The notes beneath the pieces are model-generated. The model saw only the letters and a list, made by a program, of their open reading frames with translations. It was not told the DNA's origin and made no database searches. From Protoeuglena noctilucae (lineage: Eukaryota): a stretch of 64,000 nucleotides of DNA. The position numbers and the translations under genes were made by a program. Positions 26,538-39,626 of the stretch are shown one piece after another; the stretch's first letter is position 1, and each line of letters opens with the position of its first letter. The DNA lies in assembly GCA_958009085.1 (NCBI GenBank), contig OY253673.1:248001-312000 (forward strand), written 5' to 3'.

Positions 26538-27858
26538 TCACCGAACAGCCCGGCCCGCGTGGCGGCGCCGGAGCTCGGACCACCCCTCCGTCGCCCTCCG
26601 AGAGACCTCCGACACCCGGTCCCGGACCTTGCTGCTGGGCGGTAAGGCCCCGGGCCCGCTCCCGTCCTGTGGGGAGATGATGAGACGAGTGTTGGCAGTA
26701 ACAAGGGCCTCGCCAGCCAAGCGCGGCGCTTGTTTTGGCCCTCTCGACAGTCACCCTGGGCCTTGGGTTCCACCGCGCCCCCGTTCTCGTTCCCACCCCC
26801 CCCTGCCACCAGGCCCCCCCGCCAAAGATGCCCCACCCTGGGCTCTTCTGTTCCTGCGCCATGTCCTCCATGAGCATCGCCCGGCGCTTCTCCCACCGGT
26901 AGCTCGCCTGCGTAACGGGCAAGGCCGTAGCTCGGGTACGCCGGCACACGCGTGCGCGGCACAGGTAGCTAGGAGAGGAGAGAGCGGCAACGCACCAGTC
27001 GGAAAACGCTGGGCCCGTCTGACCCCGACTGGAGGCGGTCCACGGAGGGGCGGTCCATCTCCGCCATCTGCTCCTCGAGGAGCGGGAGTTGGGCAGCGGT
27101 GACCTTGTGGATGCATGACACGGGGCATGCGTCGATGGCCTCCGTGATCCTCTCCTCGGTGTCGCCCCTCTGGTCCGTGACCCGCGCGCGCCCATACTCG
27201 GGCTCGATCGCGAAGACCTTGGAGCAGATGTGCGCGCACTTGAGGCACCCGATGCAGGACGCCTCGTCGACGAACGTCGCCGTCCGGGGCTCCGACACCA
27301 TGAACGGGTTGGCGCTGCCCCAGGGGCCCACGCCGAGGAGGGCGTCGTACTCGAGCCGACGCTCCGGGTTGTGCAGGATCTCGTAGACCTCGTTCAGCGT
27401 CGCGCAGAGGGCGTGCGACTCCTCCCCGGCGCGGTCTGGGTGCAGGCCCTGCATCAGCCCGCGATAGGCCGCCTTAATCTCGGCCTGCGTGGCCCTGGGA
27501 GAGACTCCCAACACCGAGTAGAGCGTCGCTGGCCTCTCGGCGCTCTTGCACCGCGGCGATGCTCGGGGCCTGCGGTGCAAGGGAGCTGGGACGGCACATC
27601 CCGTCGACGCGTCCGGGGGACACACAAACGCGCTCGAACGGAGTCCCGGGAGCTTCGAAACGCCACACAGGCTCCATGGGCGAACTATGGCTGCGGCTGA
27701 GCGCGAATTCGCTGCGGGGTCCGCGTCAGACGGTCCAGCTTGGACGAGCCCCGTGGCGATCACCTAGAGCACGTCAGCTCATGTACCCGAGCCCCTCGAT
27801 TTTTCTGTCCCAAAACACCCCGCGCAGGGCGGGTCGGGAGCGCCAATTGCGCTCGCAT
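26538..27858 (-). CDS. Chloroplast DnaJ-ferredoxin protein (J-domain plus 4Fe-4S Fer domain; CDJ3/4, DJC76-like)
   Basis: Transit-peptide exon MRAQLALPTRPARG, J-domain LYSVLGV...LHPD, and FVDEASCIGCLKCAHIC...YGRARV...AIDACPVSCIH. Confidence 0.9.
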
Positions 27859-28121
27859 TGGTTGCACGAAGTCGGGAGTGCTCGAGACACCTCGACGGTC
27901 GACGAATCTGAAATTCCCGAGGTTCAGTGACGGTCACTTGCCCCGAGATGAGACCGGCAGCCCCTTTCATCATTCGCTGGCGACGCTAGGGTTCTGACCC
28001 TAGGTCACCCCACATGCCCGCTTTTCTTCCGCAAGCAGGGTTTCCGGAAGGCACATGTTTGACACCGGAGGCCGCTCAGACAGCGATGATTCAATCCAGC
28101 AGCCAAGTCGCGCGACGCAGG

Positions 28122-29396
28122 CTACATGACACTCATGGCCAGGGCGGTGACTGCCGACACGCCAAGGAGCACCTTGCTGGAGGTGTTGGCTGCGGGGAGC
28201 GAAGCCGGGAGTGCCGTCTTTTCAGGGTTTGCAAACAACGCGGGCAGGCCCTGGCTCGTGGCAAACTCAACACCGCCAGCCCCGCACCTGACTCGAGCTC
28301 GAGCATGGACGTCGTGTCCGTCTGAGCCCCAATCTTGCCGTGATCCCACGCGAAGTGCCGGAGGCCGCTGCGTGCGTGAGACCAAGCGGCGCTTCCGTAT
28401 ATATCTACTAAACGCAGATGCTCATGCTGCGGCACGCGCCACTGCCGCCGCACGGAGGTCCCTCCTCACCCGAAGAAGTGGTAAGTGAGGGGCAGGGAGA
28501 CGCCAAACTTAGCCAGCGAGCACAGCACGGGGGGCGCGGCGACGGTGTCCATCACAGGGGCGAGGTCGCCCGTCAGGGCGAGGAGGCCGATGGCCGTGCA
28601 GCCACCTGGGGCGGCGGGAGGGACCGCCATCGCCGACGAGTCGCAGGTCGCATGCGAGGGGAGCGACGGGCTGCGCCCGGGTCGAGGGCCGCGGCGCGGC
28701 CTCACCCGAGAGCGTCACGCCCGTGACCCGGTTGGCGATGGACGTGATGGCCGGCAGCGGGAACTTGTAATGGGGCTTGCTGCCCTTGATGTCGAACACG
28801 TCCGGAGACAGGGGCCTCCTCCCTGCGCGCGGGGACGGGACGCGGCGCTCGATGGCCGGGCCAACCGAGCGGAGCAACCAGGGTGCCCAGGGGCACAAAG
28901 CGCTGGCCCGGGACTCACGAACGCGGTCCATGTGGTCCTTCGGCGTCCCCAGGAATTCCGTGCCCTCCGTATACTGCGACTTCTGCCCCCAGAACTCGGG
29001 GACGCCACCTCCCAGGCCCCTGCGCATGGAAACGCTCCCCTGAGTCGTGCGCAGGAGCGATGGGCGTGCGACACCGCTCGCTGGCACTATTGGATGGCAA
29101 AAAAGCGCGAGGCTGGCCCGACAAGGCCTCGGTCGCCCTCCGCGGTCCCGCTCGCCTGGTCTGGCCAGCGTCGAGGCCCCCAGCGCAGGCCGCCGCCCGC
29201 AGCCGGCACGCCTCGCGCAAAAGGCCCCGCTGCCTCCCACACAGCATCCTCGCCCTCCACGTCCACTGCTCTGCCAAGGCGACCCCCCACGAGCAGGACC
29301 CGACACCTCGCGCGAACCTGAGGCGCTGAGAGCTACTTCGACCAAGCCTGAGTTTTCCTCCTTTCGTGCGAGTCGCAGATTGCTACTACACCGCAT
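28122..29396 (-). CDS. SDH3: Succinate dehydrogenase cytochrome b560 subunit (nuclear-encoded); start uncertain
   Basis: RPLSPDV...HYKFPLPAITSIANRVTGVTLS and LTYHFFGGLRHFAWD, with three hydrophobic helices and N-terminal VPEFWG...FLGTP. The first exon is not resolved. Confidence 0.85.
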
Positions 29397-29577
29397 GGGC
29401 GAAGCGCAATGCCCTGTCAGAGAGCCGTGTCATCACGAGCAGAGGCTCTTCGCGAGCCCTTGCGTGCCTAAGCTTCTGAACGGCAACCAGAAGGCATGTG
29501 CGAGCCTCGGCGTTTCAAGTCTGGGTTGGGTTTGCGTCGAAAGGGGGGGGTGACTACTAGACGACGAGGAGCCCCGC

Positions 29578-31322
29578 TCAACCCTCAAGCGCAGAAGCAC
29601 CCGAGATGATCTCAATGAGCTCCGTGGTGATGGAGGCCTGGCGGGCCCGGTTGTACGTGATGGACAGCTTCTCGATCATCTCCGACGCGTTCTGCGGGCC
29701 GACGGGATGTGCAAGGTGCCTCCCCTTCCCTCCCCGTTCCCCTGCTGGCCGCAGCTGGCCGGCGCCGCGCCGCATAGCAACCCCTGCGCACCTTGGTGGA
29801 GTTCTCCATGGCCTGCATCCGCGAGGCGTTCTCCGACGTCTGGTTCTCCAAGAGGCCGTTGAAGAGCACCGTGGCGAGCTGGAACTCGGCCAGGTTCTGC
29901 GCCAGCTCCAGCTCGTCCTCCGGCCCCTCGATCTCGTACTTGTCCATCGTGCCCTTGGACTGCAGCACGTCCAGGAGCTGCGGGGCGGGGGCGGGGGGCA
30001 ATTCGCGTCACGCTGTGGCCATCCTCGGCGCTCCCGACCTTCCGCCAAGCGCGGGCGGGCAGACGCACCATGGGCCCCGAGAGCGCCGTGGCGATGGTGG
30101 GCCTGAAGCTGATGGCAGACTGGAACTTGTTGAACACGATGCGCACCGTCTCCGGCTCACGCTTCATCAGCTCCTCCGCCACCTGGCTCGCCGTCGTGAA
30201 CGTCAGTCGCGCCTGTGGACCGCGGCACGCCGAGTCGGATGGGCCCCACGACGATGCGACGGCAGGGAGGGCAAGCGAGCACCCACGCTGAGCCACGCGG
30301 ACCGCCACCCCAACGCACCTTGGCGAGGTCCCCGATCGTCTGCGTGATCCGCGACCCCTCAGAGCGTTGCAGCTGCGCCCGGCCCTTCTCGCCCAGCACC
30401 ACGTACGATGCATCCTCCCCCCCCGCCGCGGCGAACGTCGCGCGCGAGAAGCGCGCCACGCTCGAGTTGATGCCGCCGCACAGACCCCTGTCCGACGTCA
30501 GCGGCACCGTGAGGTTCTTCCTCCCCTCCGTGGCCGGGTGGTCCCCCACGATCCGCACGAACGGCGCCACCATCTGCCGCGACTTCTCCATGTCCACCTG
30601 GGCCTTCCGCAGCTTCGAGGCCGCAACCAGCTTCATGGCCGATGTAATTTTCTTGATGTTCTTCACCGTCTTCATGCGGTTCTTGACTGCAGGGGCGCGC
30701 AGGGGGGGGAGGGGTCGCACAGATGCCGCGCTCGCGTCCTCCGCCCCAAGCTCCGAGCGACGGGCCCGCGACCCCAGCCACGCGTCTGCCCACACACGGC
30801 GGCGTCCGGGACGCCCGTCGCCGCGCGGTGGCCTGCCGCAGCGAGCGCGTCGCGGCCCGGAACGCGGAACCGCACGCGCAAGGCGAGTCACCTGCCTCCA
30901 GGCCCCCCGCAAACCTCGCGTTCGTCGGCACGCTCGCCGGCCTGCATCCAGAGCACGCAGGGGCCACTTCTCGACCCAGAGCTCGGGCGTAGCGCCCGCT
31001 CCCGTGGGCACCATCGCTCAAAGTCGGGGTCCGAGCACGAGGCAGCGCCGATGCCCCCGCCCGCAGCGCTACTAAGAAGCCGTATGTGCAAAAACCGAGG
31101 TGCGCGCGGGACCCGTCGCGACTTCCGGACCGCGAGTCCGTCCCGACCCGACCCGACCCGCCAGCGCTGATCCCGGCCCGCCACCCGCAGCAGCATCGCA
31201 TCTCACCCATGCGCGAGCTCCCCGAGAGCCGCGGGCGTGCCGGCAGCCACATTGTTGCAACTGGCGACGCTCGCCGAGGCCAGCCGCCCCGCAAGGGCGC
31301 TGGCTGCCCGTCGCAGCGACAT
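29578..31322 (-). CDS. ATP3: Mitochondrial F1-ATP synthase gamma subunit
   Basis: Presequence [17 protein letters not shown], then [50 protein letters not shown] and [25 protein letters not shown]. Confidence 0.96.
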
Positions 31323-31620
31323 CCTGCCCCAACGTTCGCGTCTCTCCGCCGGCCCAGGGGTGCGAGGACGCGGGAGAGCGGGGGACGAGTGTGCCGGTTT
31401 CTGGCGGTCAGACTGGGGGCTTTCACGAAGTCCCCCGGGCCACGCGGCTGTTTGCAGTCCCCGCCGTCCTCGTTCAACGACTGCCTGGCCTCCCATTCCG
31501 CCTTTGACGTGCTCTGTGCGAAGCCGCTGTTACTGAGCTGCTGCGCCCTAGGAGCACGCGCCACACGCGCCTCTGATCCATCGGCCGTGGTCTCAGCGGG
31601 CGTGCGTGGTGGAGACATCT

Positions 31621-32651
31621 ATGCAGGGTCGTTTGAGACCGACGACGTCGGGCGTCAGCGACCCCGCGGTCCGCATCAATGGTGCGTGATGCGGAATGCG
31701 TGAGCGGCGCCCGCCTCGCGGCGCCCGCTTCTTGGAACGCGGATATCGCCGTTAATTGGGGTTGCCTCGCTGCCGCCGGCCGCACTCGGCGCAGGACTGC
31801 CGGCGTGCGGGCCGTCTCGTGGCAGCTCAGCAAGCTCAGCGAAATCAGGGAGAGGCGCGACGGCCCTCGGCCCCGTGTCCCCCGCAGTCTACGACATGAC
31901 GAACAACGACTCGATGTATTGGTGCGGTTTGGGCATTTACCACAGCGGCGTCGAGGTCTACGGCTGCGAGTACGCCTTCGGGGCGCACGACGTGAGCCTG
32001 CCGCGCGCGCCCCGCGGAGGCACCGGCGCCTCTCCGCTCCTGCACACACCGCGTTCATGCCTTTCCCCACCTCTTGCGCCACACAGGGCCCGGAGACGGG
32101 CATCTTCGTGATGCCTCCGCGGCAATGCGTCGGGGACGTGCGCTTCCGGGAGTCGGTGTCGATGGGGAGGGCGCAGCTGCGGCCGGCCGAGGTGGAGAAG
32201 CTCATAATCGAGCTGGGGCAGATCTTCCGGGGCAACCGATACCACCTCTTGCAACGCAACTGCAACCACTTCACGGCTGCCTTCGTGCACGCCCTGACGG
32301 GGAAGCGGGCGCCGGGGTGGATCAACCGCCTGGCAGGGTTCGCAGGTCAGTGCAGCGGGCGTCACCGGCAGCCTTGGTGCGGATGGTGCACGCCCTGTGG
32401 GTGCCGTGGGGCACCGTGCTGTTGCCCACGTTGCTGTCGCCCCCGCCGCAGTGGCACTCCATTGCCTTCTGCCGTCCACGTGGCTCCCGCCGCTCGAGCC
32501 TCCCACAGCGACGCGGACCGAGGGCTCGACGACGTCCGGCTCCGAGTTACACGAGGACGAGGTGCGGCACATCCTGGTGGGGCAGTTGTCGTCAGAAGAC
32601 CACCCCAGGAAGCATCTCGTATTGGACCGATCAGACGTCATGGACGACTGA
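31621..32651 (+). CDS. PPPDE/DeSI-like desumoylating isopeptidase, 4 exons
   Basis: VRINVYDM, GLGIYHSGVEVYGCEYAFG, YHLLQRNCNHF and PGWINRLA; the catalytic His and Cys are present. Confidence 0.92.
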
Positions 32652-33055
32652 GGGTGCCCGTGGAGCCAGGGGCACTCCCTACCGGGCGGGGGCAGCGCAT
32701 TGGCCGCGCCTACCCGGGTGCAGCGTTGTTCTACCACCCTCCGTTTCCTGAGAGATACTCTTTTGCGTTGCTACCCTGGGCCCGGTCACACCATGCGAGG
32801 GCCAGGCACCCCACCTGCCGTGCAAGCGCCAAGTGCTAGAGCGGGGACATTTGACACCGGGCGCGTCTGCCTTGCACGGCCATGCCATGTGACGCGTGCT
32901 TTGCGCCGGCGTCTTGTGAACAGCCATGTCCGCATCGACCCATGCGCTCGCCCCGTGGCTCGCTCTCGTCGGCCGACACAGCCGCACGCGGACACGCGGG
33001 TGCTGGCCTAGACAGCCCAAGTCAGGACTCTGTGCAGGTGACTTGATAGACCTAG

Positions 33056-36000
33056 TCAGGACTCAGTGCGGGTGGCGCGGTCCACAGCCGCAAGGAGGTC
33101 CCCGACCTCGGCGCTGCTGACGGCCAGCCGGCCCTCGCCCCGGAGCAAGTGGGGAGGGAGCAGGTCGCCGTGGAAGGCCTCGCGCACGAAGCGGGCGGCC
33201 AGGGCACTGCGGGAAAGTCACAGCACGGACCCTGTTCACCCGCACAGTACACCCGCACCCAAGCCGGTGCAGCAGCATGCAACATGCTCATGTCGCAAAC
33301 TTATGCAGCAGCTTTGGGCCAAGACGCGACATCTCGTTGGCATGAGTCCACCCATTCGTTGCATCCGCCGCACCTGTGCCTTCTCAGGTACCCCTTGGTC
33401 AGCATGTATTCCCTCACGACCAGTCCCGTCTCAGCGCCACCTCCCCGGCTGCGGAAGGGCAACGCGTTGCCCTCCCCGGCCACCGCCCGTCTCTGCTCCT
33501 TGATGTCCTCCAAAGGCCACTCCCTGCGAGGGCTCACCAAGTCATCAACTTACAGGCGATAGTTGTCTGCCACAGCATTGACGCAGCTGCCAGCCACCAC
33601 CGTCGCCCTCGCGTATGTCAGTCCCGGCACCAAGGAGCCTGCTCGGCACATGCTCCACACCTCTGACACACGGTGAGGACCTCGTTAGATCCAGTCCTCC
33701 GGGGGGACAGGACAATGCGTGCCCATTGACCCGCGTCCCTGCGCGCCACCTCCAACGATGCCTCGTCCACCCCGCCGCGCACGTGGCGCAGGAACTTGTC
33801 GCCCGTCCTCATCCGCCGCGCCGACGTCCACCCGGGGCCCTCGGCTCCTCGCTCGCCACGCCCCTGCACCTCAGCCGCCCCGTCTGCATCACCCTCGCCT
33901 CCCCGCTCGCCATGTCCCTCCACCTCAACCGCCTGATCACTTTCCTCGCCTTCCGGCGCGTCGTCGATGAGCGCGGCACCCCCGCCCGCAGCCTCGCTCC
34001 TGGGTCCTCTCCGCAACACCACGAATGAGAACTTCTCATCCTGAAAACTCCGAGGGCTTTTCGTCTCGGTCAGCCCCTTGGTGCGCTGGGTCAGGGCCGG
34101 GCGCGAGAAACGCTGCCCAAAGGCGCACCACAGCGCCTTGCCGTCCATTGGACACTCCCCGTCACCCGGGCATGGGGCGACCACGTGCGCACCCGTCACG
34201 TGCCGCGCACCCTGCGCAGCAACGAGAGCCTGCACCCCTCAGCAAAGTGCATTGACCCGCACTGCTCCAGACGCCATGCAACCATCACCTCACTGCCACG
34301 TCTCTGTCACAATGTCTTTACCACACCCACTCACCGCCTTGGTCCCATCCTGCGTAGGACTCCCAGCCCCCTTGGCAATGTCCGCAGCCACGAAGCGGTC
34401 CCATTCCTCGTCTGGCTCCTCGTCGATGCTCTTTAGCATATCCAACGCACGCTCTCGGTCCCGACCCTCCAGCCGCCGCACCCACTCGGGCAGCTCCTCC
34501 TCAACCCCCGCGCTCCCCTCCTCCGTCCCTCCGCCCACGCCGCCCGCCTCTCCCTCTCCCTCGACGGGCTTGTCCGCACCGACCCTCGCCCCACCCTCCC
34601 CAACGCTCGCCCCGCCCTCATCGCTTGTCCCGCCCGCCCTCCCCGTCATCTCCCAATGCGCCAGCTCCGGCACGGTTACCATGAACCCAGGCCTCGGCAA
34701 GGGCCCACCCCCGTGGTTCTCCAATGACAACACCAGCTCCCTCGCCTCCTTGATGCGCGTGAACCCCACGGGTGTCCCTGGCTCCACGAGCACCAGCACA
34801 TCGCCAGTCCGGTCCCACAGGTCCTTCACCAGGCGCTTGCGCTCCTGCAGGGTGCGGGTGCCGGGTGTGGGAGCTTGGGGCTGGTAGGCGTGTATGCTGC
34901 CGGGTGCCACACTCGCATGCGTAACCACAAACCAATGCCAAGGGCTGACTGGATGAGAAGAGGCCCACGTAAGAGCAGCGGACTCGCCTTGGGATCGTCA
35001 ATTTCTGCCAGAACGTATGACGCGCTGACGATGTCGTACGCGCGGCGGTTGGACCTGCCCGACCTCCTGTCACGGACTCCTGGCAGCGTGGGCGTCCACA
35101 GCACGTCGGGCATGAGCTGGCGCCCCGCACGCACCGCAGCCGCCACCGACTCCGGCACGCTTCCAACCACGCCCTCGGGAAGCCCCACGTCAGTCGCCTC
35201 GCCCTCGCGCGCCAGCCCGGCCGCGTCGCCCGCTCCACGGCGCCCCGCGTGGCTCGCAGCGAAGTCCGCGGCAGAAACGTGCGTCAAGACGCCTCCTGCG
35301 CCCGCCACTGCGATGCGCGGCCCCGCGTCATGTGCCTCCGACACCCCAACACCCCTGGCGTCTGTGCCTGCCAGGCGGGACTGCAGCTGGAGGAGGTCAC
35401 GCTTGCGGCGACTCTCGATGTCCCTCCCCAGCTCCACCATGGCCTGCACCGTCTCGACCAACGTGACCTGCAAAACCGCAACGATTGCACATGCGCCTTG
35501 GCCTGACCCGGCTCAACAGCACCCGGCATCAACAGCATCGTGTACCATACAACCATGACGTCTCCTGCACGGGAGCACAGGTTCGCCCAAAGGCGGGCTC
35601 GCAGGGGCTCTGGGATGCAAGCAAGCAGAGTGCGTGGGGGACGCTCACGTTCTGCAGGCGCCCCGGTGCGACCGTGTCCATCAGAGCCCAGAGGGCCGCG
35701 CCAGGGCCGGCGCCGAAATCCAGCATGCTTGACGGGGAGAAGGCCGAGGACCTGGAGGCGACCTCCGAGAACACTCGCCTGTACGGACAGACGTCAGACG
35801 TCACGCTTGCCGTGTGCTGGGCAAGCAGATCTTTCAGGCCACATATGCAAAGGACATCCATCCCCCCTCTGCAGAGGACATCCATCACCCCTGAAAATTA
35901 CCGCCTGCCCTGACACTGTCCCACCGACTCACCGGAGAGCCGAGTAGCAGCCCGGCATGCGCTGCACGGCATACGCCGCCACTTGCTCCGCGCCGTAGCG

Positions 36001-37049
36001 GATCGTGCTCTCCCGGAACTGCCGCTTCCTCGACTCGAACTCTGTGGCCGCCGCCTGCTTCCACATCACCGGGTCAATCAGGCCCCTGCGAGCGTGATGC
36101 CTAGGGATGCTCCGAGCATGGCAACAGCCTGTCCACGATACGCAGCACAGTGGGACAGCCAATTGAGCCAGCCACGCACGTGAGCGTCTCGGGATCTGCG
36201 CCGAGCTCGAAGAGACGGTCCGCCGCTGCTGCCTCCGCCTCCCGAAGTCGACTCCACGCCGTCGCCTGCCGCACGGTCTGCTGCTCCGGTCCCTGCCACG
36301 CCTCCAGAGCCCGCCCGTCCATCGCACCTCCCCGCGCGATCGTCCGGGTCTTGCTCCTGCGCGGCATTCGAATCAGGGAGCGGTGCCGATGCGCCCAGTC
36401 GGGCATGGGCACAGCACGTCTGGCGGCAGGCGGTGCGGGCTCGTACCTCAAGCGCTCCTTCAGGTCTTCCGCCACGCGGCGTAGATGCCCTGACGTTCGC
36501 CCTTTTGCGACGCGTTTGATGGCAGCGTCGATGTCCGCCGGTAAGCGCAGCTGGGGGATCATCTGCAGCGCGATGGCTGCGGCAGCCCCGATGGGGAGCT
36601 TCGCGCCATGTTCGGAGGCTCCTTTGGTCGGTGCCTCAGGCTCGTCCTCGCTCTTGATCTGCGCAGGCATACAGGGTGGTCGTCGGCGCTTCCAAGCGGA
36701 CGGACCGACGCATTGACATACCCCCGGCGGCAGGTTGCCAGACAAGCGCGAGGGCCATTGGATGCCAGACAAGACTTTCTCCACCCGATCATCGATGGAT
36801 ACTGCAGCAACTGGCGCAGGTGCGACATCGGATGCCAGCGTGAGCGTGGCTGAGGCGTGCGAAACACACCTCGCTGCTCCTGCCCGCGCTCCGCCGGGGA
36901 AGCGCGCGTGGGGAGAACCACCGCCTCCCGCAGAGGACGCAACTACTTCGCAGGCCTTCCGGCCAGCCGCTGGAGCTTGAGAAATCGCTGCTCGAGGCAA
37001 GGGGGAGGCGATGGGCGACGGTGGGGACGAGCGCCCGCCGCAGCGACAT
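33056..37049 (-). CDS. RSM22: Mitochondrial small-subunit assembly methyltransferase-like protein RSM22/METTL17
   Basis: YGAEQVAAYAVQRMPGCY, MLDFGAGPGAALWA, YDIVSASYVLAEI, LVLVEPGTPVGF, HVVAPCPGDGECPM...WCAFGQR, EKFSFVVLRRG, WARIV and FHGDLLP. The N-terminus is presequence-like. Confidence 0.9.
35846..35893. repeat. Two imperfect 24-nt tandem copies in an RSM22 intron
   Basis: tgcaaaggacatccatcccccctc / tgcagaggacatccatcacccctg. Confidence 0.85.
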
Positions 37050-37196
37050 TGCTCTGACGCAGAGCCACGTCGCTACCGCTTAGCGACTGCAGGAGGCCCT
37101 CCTGGCGCCTCGGCATCCTATCAACGCTGCTTCTTCCATGTTTCAAGCGGTTGCAAGCGGCGGCTGCGATGCGGGGGCATCCGAATCGCAGGGCCG

Positions 37197-39322
37197 TCAG
37201 CGCTCCTCGATTTGGGGGAGGTCCATGATGGCCAGCATCGCCTCGCGCGGGGTCACGTGGCCGTCGAGGATTTGCGCCACGGCCGTGAGGACGGGCAGCT
37301 GCACCCGGTACTCGTAGGCCAGCTTCACGACCACGCGAGCCGTGGCCACGCCCTCTGCGACCTGCGACATGGACCCGAGGATGTCATCGAGGGCCTCGCC
37401 GCGGCCCAGGCGCAGGCCGACGCTGCGGTTGCGGCTGAGGCTCCCGTAGCACGTCAGCATGATGTCCCCCAGCCCCGAGATGCCGGAAACAGTCGCGGCC
37501 TTGGCCCCCATGCGCTCCGCCAGCCACCGAATCTCCATGGTCCCCTGCGCCGTCACCGCCGCGGTCGCGTTCAGGCCCAGGCCCATGCCATCCACGATCC
37601 CCGCCGCAATCGCCAGCACGTTCTTCAGGGCCCCCGCGATCTCCACCCCCGTCACGTCCGTCGTGCTCGACACGCGCATGTACGGCGACGAGAACAGCCG
37701 CTGCGCCCGGCGGATCAACGCACGGTCCCGCGACGCCACCACCAGCGCCGTCGGGCGCATCTGCGGGCGCAAGGGGCGTCGTGCGTCCTGCCTCGCTCCC
37801 GGGCGCCCGAGCATCTCAGCGGCGCAGTTCCACCCCGCTGGTGATGCACTGGATGCACTCCTCTCACCTCCATGACCTCCCTCGCGAAGGACGGGCCCGA
37901 CAGGAAGGCGCAGGGCTGCTTGCGGCCCAGGGCGGACGGAATGACGTCCGCCATCGTGAGGCCTGACTCCACCTCGAGTCCTTTGGACAGGCACACGATG
38001 GGCAGGTCGGGCGGCACCAAGGCAGAGATGCCTTGGAGGAAGGCCCGCGAGTGCTGCACGGGGACGGCGTGGATGGCCAGCTGCGCGCCCTCGATGGCGT
38101 CCTTCGGGGAGGTCGTCGCCGACACGTTGGGTGGCAGGGTGAAGTCCGACAGGTAGCGCGTGTTGCAATGCCGCTCGTTGATGTCCCGGCACAGCTCGGC
38201 GTCCCGGAGGAGGCAGACGACGCGGAGGCTGGGCACTTTTTTAGCCAAAGAGCTCGCCATCGCCGTCCCGAAAGACCCGCCCCCGAAAACCACCACCTGT
38301 GGGGGGTGCGGGTGAGGTTCGTGGCACGTCGGCGCGACGGCGGAGCCGCAGCTGCCGCGCGGCGCTGGAACCGCGCGATCGACAGCTCGCGGAGCGGTCA
38401 CTGCATGGAGTGGCTCACCTTTTCCAGGCGGTCAAAGAAGCTGTCTGCCAGGGCTTCCTCCTGGGCACGAAGCGCCTTGCCCCAGCGCACCATGATGTTC
38501 CACGACCTCTGAGACGTCGATGCCAGGTCGACGCTCTCAAATATGTCGATCTTCTCACGCTCCCGCTCCCGTTCCTGCACCCTACCCTGTGCTGCCCAGG
38601 CTGCGCCACCTGCGTCCTCCTGCGCGGAGGCAGGGAGCGCCGCGTAGCTCATTACTTGCGCCGCGGAGCTGCGTGAGCACGCAGTCGATGACATAGCGCG
38701 CGCAAACACCGTCGGGCCCCGCACCTGCGGCCCGTCGGCACGCGCAGCCCCCCCCTCCCGTGCCACCACCGCTGCCGCGCCCCGGTCCCCCTCTCCGCTC
38801 CCTACGTGGGGTGCGGTTAGCTCTTTGGAATCCACCTGCGGAGAAGTCATCGGGAATTGACGCATGAGGCCCCGGTTGCCGAAGTGGACCTCGTGAGCCA
38901 ACACGCAGCCATCCACACCGCGCTGAAGACCCAGGTGCGAGCCGGACGCGGATACCGACGGATTCGCAAACCACGACAACGATTACGCAAGCGGGCAACC
39001 CCCGGACCCGCCCGCGCTCGCGGTCGCCGCGACGAAGGCGACGACCGCCGCCCGCCCAGCCCCTCGCCCAGCTCGCCTTGCTCCGTGCGATGCACTTGGA
39101 CCGCGTGTACAGAGGGCGCGTCTTATCATATGGGGCAGGAGCGCATGTGCATGGCAACGCAGGGACGCTGACATGGGACGATCCACCCCCCGCGGGCTCC
39201 CCTGCGCCCCGGCTGCATGAGGGACGGACCCATGCGGCTGATGACTGTATCCTTTCTCTACTGAGGGGCCGGAGACTCAAGCCCGGGGCGCCAGCGCAGG
39301 GCGCCAGGCCCCCCCCTGGCAT
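37197..39322 (-). CDS. NAD(P)H-dependent glycerol-3-phosphate dehydrogenase (GpsA-type, plastid GLY1/SFD1-like); start uncertain
   Basis: VVVFGGGSFGTAMA, IVCLSKGLE, LSGPSFAREV, GVEIAGALKNVLAIAAG, GLGDIMLTCYGSLSRNRSVG and VAEGVATA. Confidence 0.92.
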
Positions 39323-39626
39323 GACGGGCACCCAGCCTGGCGATGCGGGTTAGGCCTGCACACGGAAGTGACGACGGACACCACAGCGTGGATCTGAGCG
39401 TATGGGAGCAACAGACGAGGACTGACACCCGCAAGTGGCCGACACGCTCGGGGCTGGCGGCCTTTCTTGCTCGCTGTGGTGAGGCGATTCGCGCCGTGTT
39501 GCTCGCTTCACATTCCTCTCCCATCAAAGTATCCAAGGAGAGAGGCCTGTCCCGGCAGGTCCCTGTCCGGCGCGCCTTCCACGCATGGCAATGGCTTAAG
39601 GTCAGAGCTCTTGCGCGGCGTGATAG

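Noticed and set aside
28122..28385. Separate SDH4 gene next to SDH3
   Set aside because: These segments splice in phase as the last exons of SDH3.
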